Origin: a virus
Length of the DNA stretch: 64,000 nt
Reading direction: 5' to 3' (one strand)
IMG/VR virus record: IMGVR_UViG_3300025576_000001
Location: 12,217 to 76,216 of that record
Under the pieces are notes generated by a model. That model was given only the letters and a program-made list of their open reading frames with translations, did not search any database and was not told the DNA's origin. This document shows positions 38,676 through 48,427 of the stretch, in pieces. Each line of letters begins with the position of its first letter. Within the stretch, counting starts at the first letter, position 1. Both the position numbers and the translations under genes were made by a program.

Positions 38676-39532
38676 TCCACTACCAACGTCTCAACTGTGC
38701 CCCCAAGCAGGACTACCGCCCGCCGCGTCCCGGTCGTCTCAAGCTGTCGTGGAACCTGCACCCGAAGGCGGCGCAGTCGTCGGTGCTCCAAGCCAGCGAC
38801 CTGACGCCGTGGATGCCGCCTGTGGGCAACCAGGACCAGATCGGCGCTTGCAACTCCTACGGCACCAAGGACGGCGCCTCCACGTCGCTCGTGAAGGCTG
38901 GTCATCCTGTGCCGGGCTACTTCGCGGCACTGCCTCTCTACCGCGCAACCCGCTGTATGGAGCGCGCGGCGGCCGGGCTTGACCCGGCGACGAATCCACT
39001 CACCGATTCGGGCGCGAATCCTGACGACGTACTGGCCGTCATCCACAACTGGGGGATGCAGACCAGCGCGGCCGAGTGCGGCGAGATCGGCCCGAGTGCG
39101 GCGCTTTCGGCCTACGAGGACCAGCACTGCAACGATGAGCCAACGGCGCGCGAGTTCGAGCAAGACAGCTCGTTCAAGGTCGTGGGCGGTTTCGACATCA
39201 CCAGCACGGGCGACCAGCGTTTGCTCGACGTGAGCAACGCGCTTGCGGCCGGATATGCCGTGGGCATCTCGGTCTATGCGGCTGATGCGCGATTCCAGGG
39301 CTACTCGAGCGGCGTACTGCCAGACCCGCCGGCTGGCGCGGGCTGCGACCACTGGAATTACCTCGTCGGGCTTGACCTGACGACGGGACCGCTATTCGTC
39401 GGCGTGAACTCGTGGACAGCCACCAACTGGGGCCGCGCATGGGGCTCGGCCCCTGGCGGTCTCTGGCTCGGCGGCCCCGGCATCATTCAGGCGGCCGACG
39501 CACTCATCGTTTACGCAGTCTCGGAGGTGTGA
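38672..39532 (+). CDS. papain-like cysteine peptidase (C1 family)
   Basis: DLTPWMPPVGNQDQIGACNSY (Q...C), DHWNYLVG (H), VNSW...WG (N). Confidence 0.85.
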   Translation: MIHYQRLNCAPKQDYRPPRPGRLKLSWNLHPKAAQSSVLQASDLTPWMPPVGNQDQIGACNSYGTKDGASTSLVKAGHPVPGYFAALPLYRATRCMERAAAGLDPATNPLTDSGANPDDVLAVIHNWGMQTSAAECGEIGPSAALSAYEDQHCNDEPTAREFEQDSSFKVVGGFDITSTGDQRLLDVSNALAAGYAVGISVYAADARFQGYSSGVLPDPPAGAGCDHWNYLVGLDLTTGPLFVGVNSWTATNWGRAWGSAPGGLWLGGPGIIQAADALIVYAVSEV

Positions 39533-39534
39533 CC

Positions 39535-39855
39535 ATGGATACCAAAGACAAGAACCGCTTGAAGCGAGTGACGGCATTTGTGCTCTGGGCGTGGCTGCTT
39601 CCCATCTACACCACCGCCTCGAACTGTGCCGGAACGCAGCCCATCCCGACGCCGACCGTGGACGCGGGCTCGCCCTACGCGGCAGCGTGCGCGAATCTCG
39701 CCTCTCTAGGGTGCGCCGACGGGACCGCGCCGAACTGTGCCGCCATCCTCGGCCAGATGGTTTCGGGCCGAATGACGACGGTCAACCTGCCCTACCTCAC
39801 CGCCGCGAAAGACATCCCATCGGCCGTCGCGTGCGGCGCCGTGCTGTGCAAATGA
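39535..39855 (+). CDS. small Cys-rich exported / lipoprotein-like protein
   Basis: Hydrophobic N-term; ACANLASLGC...C...C. Confidence 0.6.
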   Translation: MDTKDKNRLKRVTAFVLWAWLLPIYTTASNCAGTQPIPTPTVDAGSPYAAACANLASLGCADGTAPNCAAILGQMVSGRMTTVNLPYLTAAKDIPSAVACGAVLCK

Positions 39856-40318
39856 CCATGACCTACCGATACGGCGGCATCTTTCCTCCAGGCAAGAAAC
39901 CAACGCAGGATACAACTGCGCCAGTCCTGAACGCCCATGAAGCCGGTCTGCGCGAAGGCCGACAGCAGGCCCTCAAGTGGGTCGCCGATGGCTTGGAAAA
40001 ACTCGGGCCGATCTTCGTTAAGGGCGGCTGGCCGGCGAAGACCTTGCTCGAAGGCTTCGCGGCGCAGGTGCAGAAGTATCTGCGCACGGGCGACCTGCCG
40101 GGAACGGGAGACGACGAGTGACCGAAAAAGAAATCCGCAAGCGCCTCGCAACCGCGAAGCCGGCGGAAGTGCCCATCGTGTGCCTGTATCTCGTCGCTGC
40201 GGTGTTCGAGGGACCACCGCTGGAACTTCCCGACCCCGCCGAATGCCGCCGTGCCGAACGCGCAGCCTACTGGCGACGAGTCCACAAGCGAGTCCGCGAG
40301 ATGGAGCAACGCCAGTGA
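39852..40318 (+). CDS. two small hypothetical proteins (39852-40121, 40118-40318)
   Basis: Coupled overlaps. Confidence 0.55.
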
Positions 40319-40782
40319 GCCGCGCCTCTCACCGTGACGCCATCCACGCGCTTCTGGACGCGGGGCTTGATCTCAAGTCCATTTCAGAGCGCTTGGGGCT
40401 GAAAGAATCAACGGTCTTTGTCCATCGCACTTATTGGCGCAAGGTGCGCAAGTTAGGACCACTCAGGTACGGGCCGCGGAAACGCAAGCTCGTGGTCGAG
40501 CTGGACAAACAGGGACTCTCAATCCCGGAGATAGCGGCTCGCATGGGAATCAGCCGGGAAGCGGTAGCGTCGCACAGAAGGCTGGCTGGCTTACCCCGAA
40601 AGGAAGTCAAATCGCCGGGTGCGACCGGCAAGACGTGGAAGAAGGAAGCCGTCCAGGTGCCGGACCTCGGGCGGTGCCGATGGTGCGGGCTCAGTAATCC
40701 CTGCACATGCACGGGTCCGCGCCACGCGACTGACCATATGGGCCGGCGCGAGGAACCGAACTTTGCGCTGGGGAACGGCTGA
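40315..40782 (+). CDS. tandem HTH DNA-binding protein with Cys-rich C-term
   Basis: GLDLKSISERLGLKESTV and GLSIPEIAARMGISREAV. Confidence 0.7.
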   Translation: MSRASHRDAIHALLDAGLDLKSISERLGLKESTVFVHRTYWRKVRKLGPLRYGPRKRKLVVELDKQGLSIPEIAARMGISREAVASHRRLAGLPRKEVKSPGATGKTWKKEAVQVPDLGRCRWCGLSNPCTCTGPRHATDHMGRREEPNFALGNG

Positions 40783-40785
40783 ACC

Positions 40786-42118
40786 TTGACATCCTCCGCC
40801 CCCTAAAGGAGGCGGATTCCCGGCTTCACAACCGAGCTTTTCTGCTTCAACTCTGACTGCACCGCATCCCGAAGAACACGATGGCTAACACCAGATCCGC
40901 AGACTTCACCCTTTCGGGCTACGTCGAGTCCCGACGCAAGGATATTCTTTGCTGCATTCTCGTCTCGGTCGTGCTGTACCTGGCAGCTTGGGCAAGTCCA
41001 GTTGCGCACGTCGAGAGGCAGGAGCTCGACGACGTGGCCACAAGCAGAGCATGTCTTGCTGCTGGGATAGAAGCGGTCGACCTTGATCAACTCCCGGCCG
41101 TACCAGGCGCACTTGTACGCGAGGACGGTCAGGAGCATGCGCCAAGCAGCGTCCGAGATTACTCGGGCGAGGCAGTGGTTGCGGACCATTCCAGCGACGT
41201 TCAAATCCTCGACTACGATCACTTGGTTCTCGCGAACGATTCTTGTCGAGAGCTTTTGCATTTGGTCGCGGCGACGGTCTGCCACCTTGGCATGGAGACG
41301 AGCGAGCTTGATTCGAGCTTTGTACCTGTTGCGGCTTCCTTTCTGTTTGCGGGCGAGCGCACGGGAGAGGCGCCGCTTGCGCTTCAACTCTCGGGCGTCG
41401 TGCTTGAGGTTGGGAATCTTCTCCCCCGTGGAGAGCGTGGCCAGGGCGTTGATGCCCAGGTCGATGCCAACGGCGGTCTTGAGCTTGGGCAGGTGCTTGA
41501 CGGCCTTGTCCTCGCAGAGCAGGGACACGTGCCAGCGCTGGGCGGCGTCCAGCGATACCGAAGCACTGGACGGCTCCGCCCCCTCTGGCAACGGGCGGCT
41601 CCAGCGGATGTCGAGGGGCGCCTCCATCTTGGCCAAGGTGAGCTTGCCAGCGGCGAAGCGGAACCCGCTGCGGGTGAACTCGGCCGAGCCGCCCGCGCGC
41701 TTCTTCTTGAAGCTGGGGTACTTCGCACGCTTGGCGAAGAAATTGGAGTAGGCGGTTTGCAGATGCCGCAAGGTCTGCTGGACGGGGACGCTCGACACTT
41801 CGTTCAGGAAGGCAAGCTCGGGCTCCTTCTTCCAGCCCGTGAGCGCGGTGCTCTGGGCCGCGTACCCGATGGACTTTTTGCCCGAGGTCCACGCTTCACT
41901 GCGCTCGTGCAGGGCGCGGTTGTAGACGAGACGGCAACACCCGATGGTCCGACGAAGCAAGACCTCTTGCTCGGCGGTCGGGTAGAACCGGTACTTGAAT
42001 CCTCTCAACGGCACACTTGCAGAATACGCTGTGCGCGTGTAAAGTCAACCATCGTAGCAACCGGACGGCGTTTCCTCTGCCAGCTAAAGCAGGCAGTATC
42101 CACGCCGGGGAGTATTTG
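40786..42118 (-). mobile_element. tnpB-only IS200/IS605-family element (IS1341-like)
   Basis: Minus strand: TCAT|CAAATACTCC...GATA CTGCCTGCTTTAGCTGGCAG left-end hairpin; right end GAAT CCGCCTCCTTTAGGGGGCGG AGGATGTCAA; no tnpA. Confidence 0.9.
40803..42014 (-). CDS. tnpB: RNA-guided endonuclease TnpB
   Basis: FKYRFYPT HTH; RuvC residues in GIDLG, VVEDL and DRDENAA are intact; zinc finger CSACG...CPSC. Confidence 0.95.
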   Translation of the reverse strand: MPLRGFKYRFYPTAEQEVLLRRTIGCCRLVYNRALHERSEAWTSGKKSIGYAAQSTALTGWKKEPELAFLNEVSSVPVQQTLRHLQTAYSNFFAKRAKYPSFKKKRAGGSAEFTRSGFRFAAGKLTLAKMEAPLDIRWSRPLPEGAEPSSASVSLDAAQRWHVSLLCEDKAVKHLPKLKTAVGIDLGINALATLSTGEKIPNLKHDARELKRKRRLSRALARKQKGSRNRYKARIKLARLHAKVADRRRDQMQKLSTRIVRENQVIVVEDLNVAGMVRNHCLARVISDAAWRMLLTVLAYKCAWYGRELIKVDRFYPSSKTCSACGHVVELLPLDVRNWTCPSCQVQHDRDENAAKNILASGLDVARKGEVCGSGVSHRVLRDAVQSELKQKSSVVKPGIRLL

Positions 42119-42703
42119 ATGACCCTCAACATCTCCGACTACTTTGCCGACCTGCAAGCCCACGAGTACGCGACCACGTGGCTCTACTGCGACCGGCTCG
42201 GGTACGTCACCATTGGGATCGGCTGTCGCGTCTTCAACGCCGATGCAGCGGCGGCGCTGCCCTGGGCGACTGGCAAGGATGACCCACGCGCAGCCTGGTT
42301 GCGCGTTCACAATGCGTTTGGGCCCGCGAAGCCATCGGCGCTGTACTACCAGAGCTTCAGCGACTTGCGGCTGACCATGGACGCCGTGACCGCCATGGTG
42401 GCGCAACGGCTCGAGACTGAGTTCATGCCGTGCCTGTATCGGCTGTGTCCCGGCTTCGATGACTTCCCGTTGCCCGCGCGCCGGGCACTCGTCGATATGG
42501 CGTGGCAGTACGGCGACGAAAGCAGCACCAGGGGCCTCGCGGGATTCCCGTCGATGCTCGCGGCGTGCAACTCTGACCCGCCCGATTGGGCGACGGCTGC
42601 GATCGAGAGTCACGGGGAGTGCAGCGCCGAGAGGAATGCTTGGCGGGCGCAGATGTTTGAGGAGGCTGCCAGCGCGCCAGCCGGGCCGGTGCCGATGAGT
42701 TGA
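42119..42703 (+). CDS. endolysin, phage lysozyme (GH24-like)
   Basis: HE....LY.D.LGYVTIGIG catalytic motif, ALVDMAWQYG; the true start is likely ATG 42119, just outside the IS end. Confidence 0.85.
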   Translation: MTLNISDYFADLQAHEYATTWLYCDRLGYVTIGIGCRVFNADAAAALPWATGKDDPRAAWLRVHNAFGPAKPSALYYQSFSDLRLTMDAVTAMVAQRLETEFMPCLYRLCPGFDDFPLPARRALVDMAWQYGDESSTRGLAGFPSMLAACNSDPPDWATAAIESHGECSAERNAWRAQMFEEAASAPAGPVPMS

Positions 42704-42736
42704 CCGCGCGCCGCAGTCGGTGGTAAAGCGCAAGCC

Positions 42737-42976
42737 ATGCCATCATCCGTTCAAGCCGTCGAAGCAATCCAATATCCCGCGCGTCTCCGAGGCGTCCACC
42801 TGGAGCAACTGCACTCAGCCGAGGCCACGGCCCTGAGCGGGCGCAACTATTACCGTCGGGCCATCGCGCGCCTGGAGGCTGAGCTTGCGGAAAAGCGCGA
42901 ACTGCTGACCGCGGCTGAGGCGCGCTACGAGGAAATCCGCCGACGGGTCGAGCAGCAGGAAGAACCGGCCCTGTGA
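42737..42976 (+). CDS. small coiled-coil protein
   Basis: Coupled to the SLT gene. Confidence 0.55.
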   Translation: MPSSVQAVEAIQYPARLRGVHLEQLHSAEATALSGRNYYRRAIARLEAELAEKRELLTAAEARYEEIRRRVEQQEEPAL

Positions 42977-43377
42977 AGCTGGCCATCGTGCTGTCCGCGT
43001 TCTGCCTGCACTGGCCATCGGCACTGCCAGGACAACTCACGCATGCAGCACGGGCAGCCCACGTCCCGGTGGCGCTGTTCGCGGCCAACATCGGAGCGGA
43101 GAGCACTTGCGACAACCGGCGCGTCTCGCGGCTTGGGGCCATCGGCTACGGGCAGATTCTTCCCGGTGGCAGCGCAGCCCAAGGTCACACCAGGCGGCAA
43201 CTGCGCCGATCGCGCCTCAACCTGCGACTGGCAGCCGAGCATCTTCATCGCGGCTTGCGGCTCTGTCACGGGAATGCACGCGAAGCCGTCGCGTTTTACT
43301 CGGGCGTCTGGCCCTGCCAAGAGACGGCGTGGTCACGTCGAGTGGTCGCTGCGGTCGAACGAGCACGGCGTTCTTGA
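42973..43377 (+). CDS. lytic transglycosylase (SLT domain)
   Basis: A.I.AES...S..GAIGYGQI...NL..AA.HL...AVAFYSG; hydrophobic N-term. Confidence 0.8.
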   Translation: MKLAIVLSAFCLHWPSALPGQLTHAARAAHVPVALFAANIGAESTCDNRRVSRLGAIGYGQILPGGSAAQGHTRRQLRRSRLNLRLAAEHLHRGLRLCHGNAREAVAFYSGVWPCQETAWSRRVVAAVERARRS

Positions 43378-43874
43378 CAGGGCAAACGTCCCGGGCGACA
43401 ATGCCGGCACGTCCCAGAGTTGGGCTCTGGCACGGGCCACCGGTCTACGTGTGGCGCACGCCAGAGGACGCGCGGGAGACGCTGGCCGGGCTGGGACTGC
43501 GGGTCTGACCACCGGGCCGCTCCTCGACGAGTAGCTCGTAGTCCGCATCGTCGGCGCACGCCGGGAATCGCACGCGGAGTGCGCGCGTAGGCGGCTGAGA
43601 CGGATTAGCGTTGACGGCGAGCATAGTATATTGATACACGATGCCGAGAGCGGAGTCAAGCAGGGCGTGGCCCGGGTACTGTCCTAACTAGGACACTCCA
43701 ACGCGCCGTGATGCTCAAACTGGGACACTCGCGCACGCCGCGCAATACAGGCTGACATCATGGATGCATGATGTAGGCATCACGGGTGTTTTGCGCGTCA
43801 TGCAATTCGTCACGGATGTACCCTAACGGACCTTGACAGACCCTAACGGGTATCGTAGGAACAGCATCAACGCC

Positions 43875-44339
43875 ATGAGTACGCAAACCGCCGGAACCGA
43901 TCACGTCATCGACGAAACCATTCGGGAAGCGCTTGCCCGTTTGGAAGCCGAACGAAAGCGCGTGACGTCTCGTCTTGATGCCAGAATTTCTCAGCTTCGC
44001 TCCATGCTGGACTCCGACGGAACGTTAGACATGTTCCCCGAGCCCATTGCGAAGCCGGAAACCGTTCCGACATCGGAAACCACTTCTACCAGGGATGGGG
44101 AGCCTGACGTTGCCCCGAGCGGGCAGTCACAAAAGAAGGTCTTTCTGTATTTGCAAAAGCATCCCCATGCCGGATATCAGGAACTGGCTGATGGCATTTT
44201 TGGAGCGCGCGATCAACTGACGTTCAACAAGCTCCGCAGCACCATCTGGGCATTGAAGAAGGGAAAGTGGATCACGGGGGGTGACGCCGGTGCATGGAAG
44301 ATCGGAAGCGGGAAGGGAGGACATCCCGCCGGTAATTGA
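43875..44339 (+). CDS. hypothetical protein (coiled coil plus winged-HTH-like C-term)
   Basis: TTGACA upstream at 43833; ELADGIF...RSTIWALKKGKWI. Confidence 0.55.
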   Translation: MSTQTAGTDHVIDETIREALARLEAERKRVTSRLDARISQLRSMLDSDGTLDMFPEPIAKPETVPTSETTSTRDGEPDVAPSGQSQKKVFLYLQKHPHAGYQELADGIFGARDQLTFNKLRSTIWALKKGKWITGGDAGAWKIGSGKGGHPAGN

Positions 44340-44622
44340 CCTACATACTCGAAGCGCCCACCGGGTGCTGAAGACATCCGATGAGCGCTGGCCGGGACAA
44401 CCCGGCTTGTCGATCTCCCGGTCCTAGAAGGTATCCGTCGAAACCAACACCGACAGGATACCTTCTAGCGAACAAGATCGCAAGCCCCTTATGACGGCAA
44501 GTAGGGCCGCTGAGAGGGAGTTGTGCGTGCGAATGCGTGCGAAAAAAGTTGAAGGCATCCCTGGTCCGGCGTCTCAGCGTCGGACCGGGGCTCTGCCCCG
44601 TCCGTCCCGTGCCACAGCGTCG

Positions 44623-44892
44623 TTAGCGCTTGGGGCTGGCAGCCATTGCCATCGGCGCTCTCGGAGCGGGCGAACACCCATCAGATCCAAGAGCATGAAC
44701 TTCCGGCGGGGCGAGCAGCGTCGTGGCGATCGTGTTCACTTTTGTAGAGATGGCGTTGGCGGTGGCATCAAGATTACTGAGACGAGCTTCTATATTGGTC
44801 AGTCGCCCCTCGATACCGGCCAGCCTTGCTGAAAGCCTATCCTCGCAAGCCTGAAGTGAAGCCACCAGATGTTCTTTTTCCGTCTGCGGCAT
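44623..44892 (-). CDS. small coiled-coil protein
   Basis: Heptads RLAGIEGRLTNIEARLSNLD; probable start at MPQTEKE. Confidence 0.55.
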   Translation of the reverse strand: MPQTEKEHLVASLQACEDRLSARLAGIEGRLTNIEARLSNLDATANAISTKVNTIATTLLAPPEVHALGSDGCSPAPRAPMAMAASPKR

Positions 44893-45028
44893 TAGGACAT
44901 TTTGAAGACGCGCTGCGCGGGTGTCAAGAAAGAACTTCTGATTCCTAAGTTCTGTCCCTATTCGGCCCATCCCTTGCAATGGCGATTATGCACTTGACAA
45001 CACCAGTTGCGAGGCGTAGTCTTGAGGC

Positions 45029-46006
45029 ATGACGACGAAGAACACAGACGGCAGCGACCTGACGCTGATGTCGGTGATGACGCGCTTTTCTACGGAAGAG
45101 GCAGCGCGTGACTACTTCGAGAGCATCCGCTGGCCCGAAGGCCCGACCTGCCCGCACTGTGGAAACGCTGACCAGGCACGCATCTACGCCCTCACTCCCG
45201 ACGCTGGCTCCAAGGTCCGGCCGGGCCTCCGTAAGTGTGGCGACTGCCGCGACACCTTCACCGTGACCGTCGGAACCGTGATGGAGGATTCACACATCCC
45301 GTTGAACAAGTGGCTGATCGCCTTCTACATGATGTGTGCCAGCAAGACCCAAGTCTCGGCGTTGCAGCTCATGCGCCAGCTTGAGATCGGCTCCTACCAC
45401 ACCGCGCTTTTCCTCTGCCACCGCATCCGGTTCGCTCTCGCCGAGTTCTTCCCGACGCAGAAACTTGCTGGCACGGTTGAGGCTGATGAAACTTACCTGG
45501 GTGGTAAGATGCGCGGACGTGGACGAGGCTACGTGAAGAACAAGACCGCAGTCGTCTCGCTCGTCGAGCGTGATGGGAACGTGCGCTCGCGCGTGATCGG
45601 CTCCGACACCGTGACGGGCAAGGCGATCACGACCCTCCTGAAAGAGCACGTTGCCGAGACGGCCCATCTGAACACGGACGAGTCACCCCTTTACACCCAG
45701 GTCGGAACTCACTTCGCATCCCACGACACCGTGAACCACAGCAAAGAAGAGTACGCCCGCAAGGACAAGGACACCGACCGCCTGGCGACCACCAACACGG
45801 TCGAGGGCTTCTTCGGAAACGCCAAGCGCAGCATCGATGGCACCCACCACAACATCAGCCGTCGGCGCACGGGCCTCTACATGGCCGAGATCGATCACAA
45901 GTACAACACGCGCAAGATGACCGATGGTGAGCGCACCGTGGTCGGCATCCGGCGCATGGAAGGGAAGCGGCTCTTTGCTCGCTCCCCGAAGCGGAAGGTC
46001 GGATAG
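45029..46006 (+). CDS. IS1595-family transposase
   Basis: RWPEGPTCPHCG zinc ribbon; VEADETY, LNTDE, VNHS..EY, TNTVEGFF. Confidence 0.95.
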   Translation: MTTKNTDGSDLTLMSVMTRFSTEEAARDYFESIRWPEGPTCPHCGNADQARIYALTPDAGSKVRPGLRKCGDCRDTFTVTVGTVMEDSHIPLNKWLIAFYMMCASKTQVSALQLMRQLEIGSYHTALFLCHRIRFALAEFFPTQKLAGTVEADETYLGGKMRGRGRGYVKNKTAVVSLVERDGNVRSRVIGSDTVTGKAITTLLKEHVAETAHLNTDESPLYTQVGTHFASHDTVNHSKEEYARKDKDTDRLATTNTVEGFFGNAKRSIDGTHHNISRRRTGLYMAEIDHKYNTRKMTDGERTVVGIRRMEGKRLFARSPKRKVG

Positions 46007-48418
46007 ATGGCAAAGCCAGCGCGCATAGCAGAGGTGCGAGCCGAGCACCTATTGACTGAGTTGCTCACGTCTCAGGGCTGGAATGTAGAACATCCCCCGA
46101 AGGGTGAACTACTGCGCCAGGGGGAATACAGGGACCACCCTCACCTACTGGACATCTTCAAAGGCAAGAGCAAGTCGTCCGGCGGTGGCGACGGAATGCC
46201 CGAGGCTTTGCTTGTTGACGAGAATCTGCAACCACTGGCCGTGGTGGAGGCCAAGGGTTCCGCCAAGGATCTTCCCAAAGCCATCGACGAGGTAACAAAC
46301 AAGTACGGTACGTGGTGCGTGGAGGCCGGATACACTCCCATCGCAATCGCGCTTGCCGGAACCACCGAGACGTCATTTGTGTTGCAGGTGTTCAAGTGGT
46401 CCAAAAACAAATGGATCACCGTCACCTATGACGGCAACCCTATCAGTTGGATTCCCAACCGCACCGACCTGGAACACTTGCGGGCACCCAACACACTAGC
46501 CGAATTGCGCCCGTCCGTTCCTCCGGCAGCGGTACTCGCCACCCGTGCCGACGAGATCAACCGCCTGCTACGTGAGGCCAATATCACCGATGCCCAGCGC
46601 CCGGCGATCGTTGGATCAATTATGCTGGCACTGTGGAAATCAAAAGGCCAAATTCGGCGCGATCCGGAGTACATCCTTGGGGACATCAACGAAGCGTCTT
46701 CCAGGGCATTTTGGACAGCCGAGAAAGCCAGCATCGCGGACAGCCTACGGGTGCCCATCGCGAACAAGGATCTGGCCAAGAGGGCGGTGCGCATCGTTTC
46801 CATCTTGGAGCGACTTGGCGTAACTGTCCTGAGCGCAGAAACGGACTACCTGGGCCAACTGTACGAGACTTTCTTCACTTACGTCGGAGGTAACACAATA
46901 GGACAGATTTTCACTCCAAGGCACATGACCGCTTTCATGGCGGAAATCGCGGACGTGCAGCGCGATGACGATGTGCTTGACCCGGCGTGTGGGACAGGGG
47001 GCTTTCTGATCGCTGCCATGAACCGCGTGCAGCGACGTGGCAAGTTGTCACGGGTGCAGATGATCGAAATTGTGAAGAAGCACTTGGTAGGCTTTGAAGT
47101 TGAGCCCACCACGGCGGCTCTCTGCATTGCCAATATGGTACTGCGTGGGGACGGCTCCACGCGGGTACATCCGGTTAGTTGTTTCACGTCGAAGAAGTTC
47201 GAGGTTGGTCAAGCCAATATCGTCTTGATGAACCCTCCATTTCCTCACGAGTCGACCGACAGACCTCCGGAGGAGTTCATTGCAAGGGCACTGGAAGGAC
47301 TGCGAACCCGTGGCCTATTCGTGGCAATCGTTCCGCAGTCCCTCTTGGTCAAGCGTGAGAAGCAGCAGTGGCGCGACGAGATCCTGCAAAAGCATACACT
47401 TAGCGGAGTGATCACCTTGCCGGATGAACTCTTTCAACCGTTTGCGGCTGCCACCACGGCCATCCTAATCTTGGAAAAGGGCATACCGCACCCCAATGAT
47501 CGACGTGTCTTTTTTGCCAGGGTGGAGAACGACGGATTCAAATTGAAGAAGGGTGTGCGCATTCCACGTGAGGGAGACGAATTGCCAACTATACTTGATG
47601 CCTATCGTAACAAAAAGACAATCCCTGGCATTAGCGGACTTTCAGTGCTTGATCGAGATCGGAGTTTCGCGCCGGGCGCCTATATCCCTGCGCGGCCTTT
47701 GAGTGAAGCGGAAGTGACTGCGGGAGTTCTCGCACTCATCCGCAACCGCACCGCGTTCACGACCTTACACGCTGCCGAGATCGTTAATCTCAGACGTGAG
47801 GCCAGTTCGTACCGTGCGATGAAGAAGTCGCCCATCCCTAGCGCGCCCACTAGCAAAACGATCGGCGGCTACTTCGATATTTTCTACGGGCAGAAAAGCC
47901 TTCACAACAAGGAGAAGTTGCTATTGGGCACATCCCTCGTGATCTCGTCAAGCGGCGTGGACAATGGTTGCTACGGTTTCTTTGATCTCGAAACCTTGAT
48001 TGAGCCTCCGTTTGTCACCGTTCCTAGCACCGGAAGCATTGCGGTGGCTCATGTTCAAGAATTGCCGTGTGGGGTTACGGATGACTGTTTGATCATGCTA
48101 CCCAAAAAGGACGTGCCGCACGAGCTTCTCTATGTTGCAGCCGCAGTCATTCGGTCAGAGGCATGGAGGTTTAGCTACGGCAGGAAGGCGACTCCGGATC
48201 GCATATCTGGCTTCCCGTTACCTGTCGGCAAGGAGTTGATTGAGTGTGTGCGCGTTTACATGGAACGAGCGGCACAGGTGGAACACCTTGCACTAGAACA
48301 TGCAGAGGATGCAATTGACGAACAGATAGCACGCAAACGACGGTTACAGGAGAAGGAGAATCCCGGAAGGCTCATTGGTGGAGATATGTTAGAGAAAAGG
48401 CTGGCGGAGCTGGAATAG
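46007..48418 (+). CDS. type IIG/BcgI-like restriction-modification enzyme (REase + N6-adenine MTase + TRD) with extra C-terminal tail
   Basis: PE...VVEAK nuclease motif; GQIFTPRH, LDPACGTGGFL, NPPF; TRD-like ISSSGVDNG...RFSYGRK; lower GC than the phage backbone. Confidence 0.85.
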   Translation: MAKPARIAEVRAEHLLTELLTSQGWNVEHPPKGELLRQGEYRDHPHLLDIFKGKSKSSGGGDGMPEALLVDENLQPLAVVEAKGSAKDLPKAIDEVTNKYGTWCVEAGYTPIAIALAGTTETSFVLQVFKWSKNKWITVTYDGNPISWIPNRTDLEHLRAPNTLAELRPSVPPAAVLATRADEINRLLREANITDAQRPAIVGSIMLALWKSKGQIRRDPEYILGDINEASSRAFWTAEKASIADSLRVPIANKDLAKRAVRIVSILERLGVTVLSAETDYLGQLYETFFTYVGGNTIGQIFTPRHMTAFMAEIADVQRDDDVLDPACGTGGFLIAAMNRVQRRGKLSRVQMIEIVKKHLVGFEVEPTTAALCIANMVLRGDGSTRVHPVSCFTSKKFEVGQANIVLMNPPFPHESTDRPPEEFIARALEGLRTRGLFVAIVPQSLLVKREKQQWRDEILQKHTLSGVITLPDELFQPFAAATTAILILEKGIPHPNDRRVFFARVENDGFKLKKGVRIPREGDELPTILDAYRNKKTIPGISGLSVLDRDRSFAPGAYIPARPLSEAEVTAGVLALIRNRTAFTTLHAAEIVNLRREASSYRAMKKSPIPSAPTSKTIGGYFDIFYGQKSLHNKEKLLLGTSLVISSSGVDNGCYGFFDLETLIEPPFVTVPSTGSIAVAHVQELPCGVTDDCLIMLPKKDVPHELLYVAAAVIRSEAWRFSYGRKATPDRISGFPLPVGKELIECVRVYMERAAQVEHLALEHAEDAIDEQIARKRRLQEKENPGRLIGGDMLEKRLAELE

Positions 48419-48427
48419 GCTACGACG

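Noticed and set aside
42017-42118. N-terminal extension of the lysozyme given in the ORF track
   Set aside because: It lies inside the IS left end; ATG 42119 has an SD and matches the reconstructed empty site.
43401-43508. Short ORF resembling a VRR-NUC C-terminus (WHGPPVYVWRTPEDA)
   Set aside because: Only 35 aa with no catalytic motif; too weak to call.
43680-43740. AACT(A/G)GGACACTC direct repeats as an att site
   Set aside because: No integrase in the window and no second att copy; could equally be operators.
44368-44400. CTGAAGA as a hammerhead ribozyme core or lambda boxB
   Set aside because: No GAAA after a stem II, and the stem does not match boxB.
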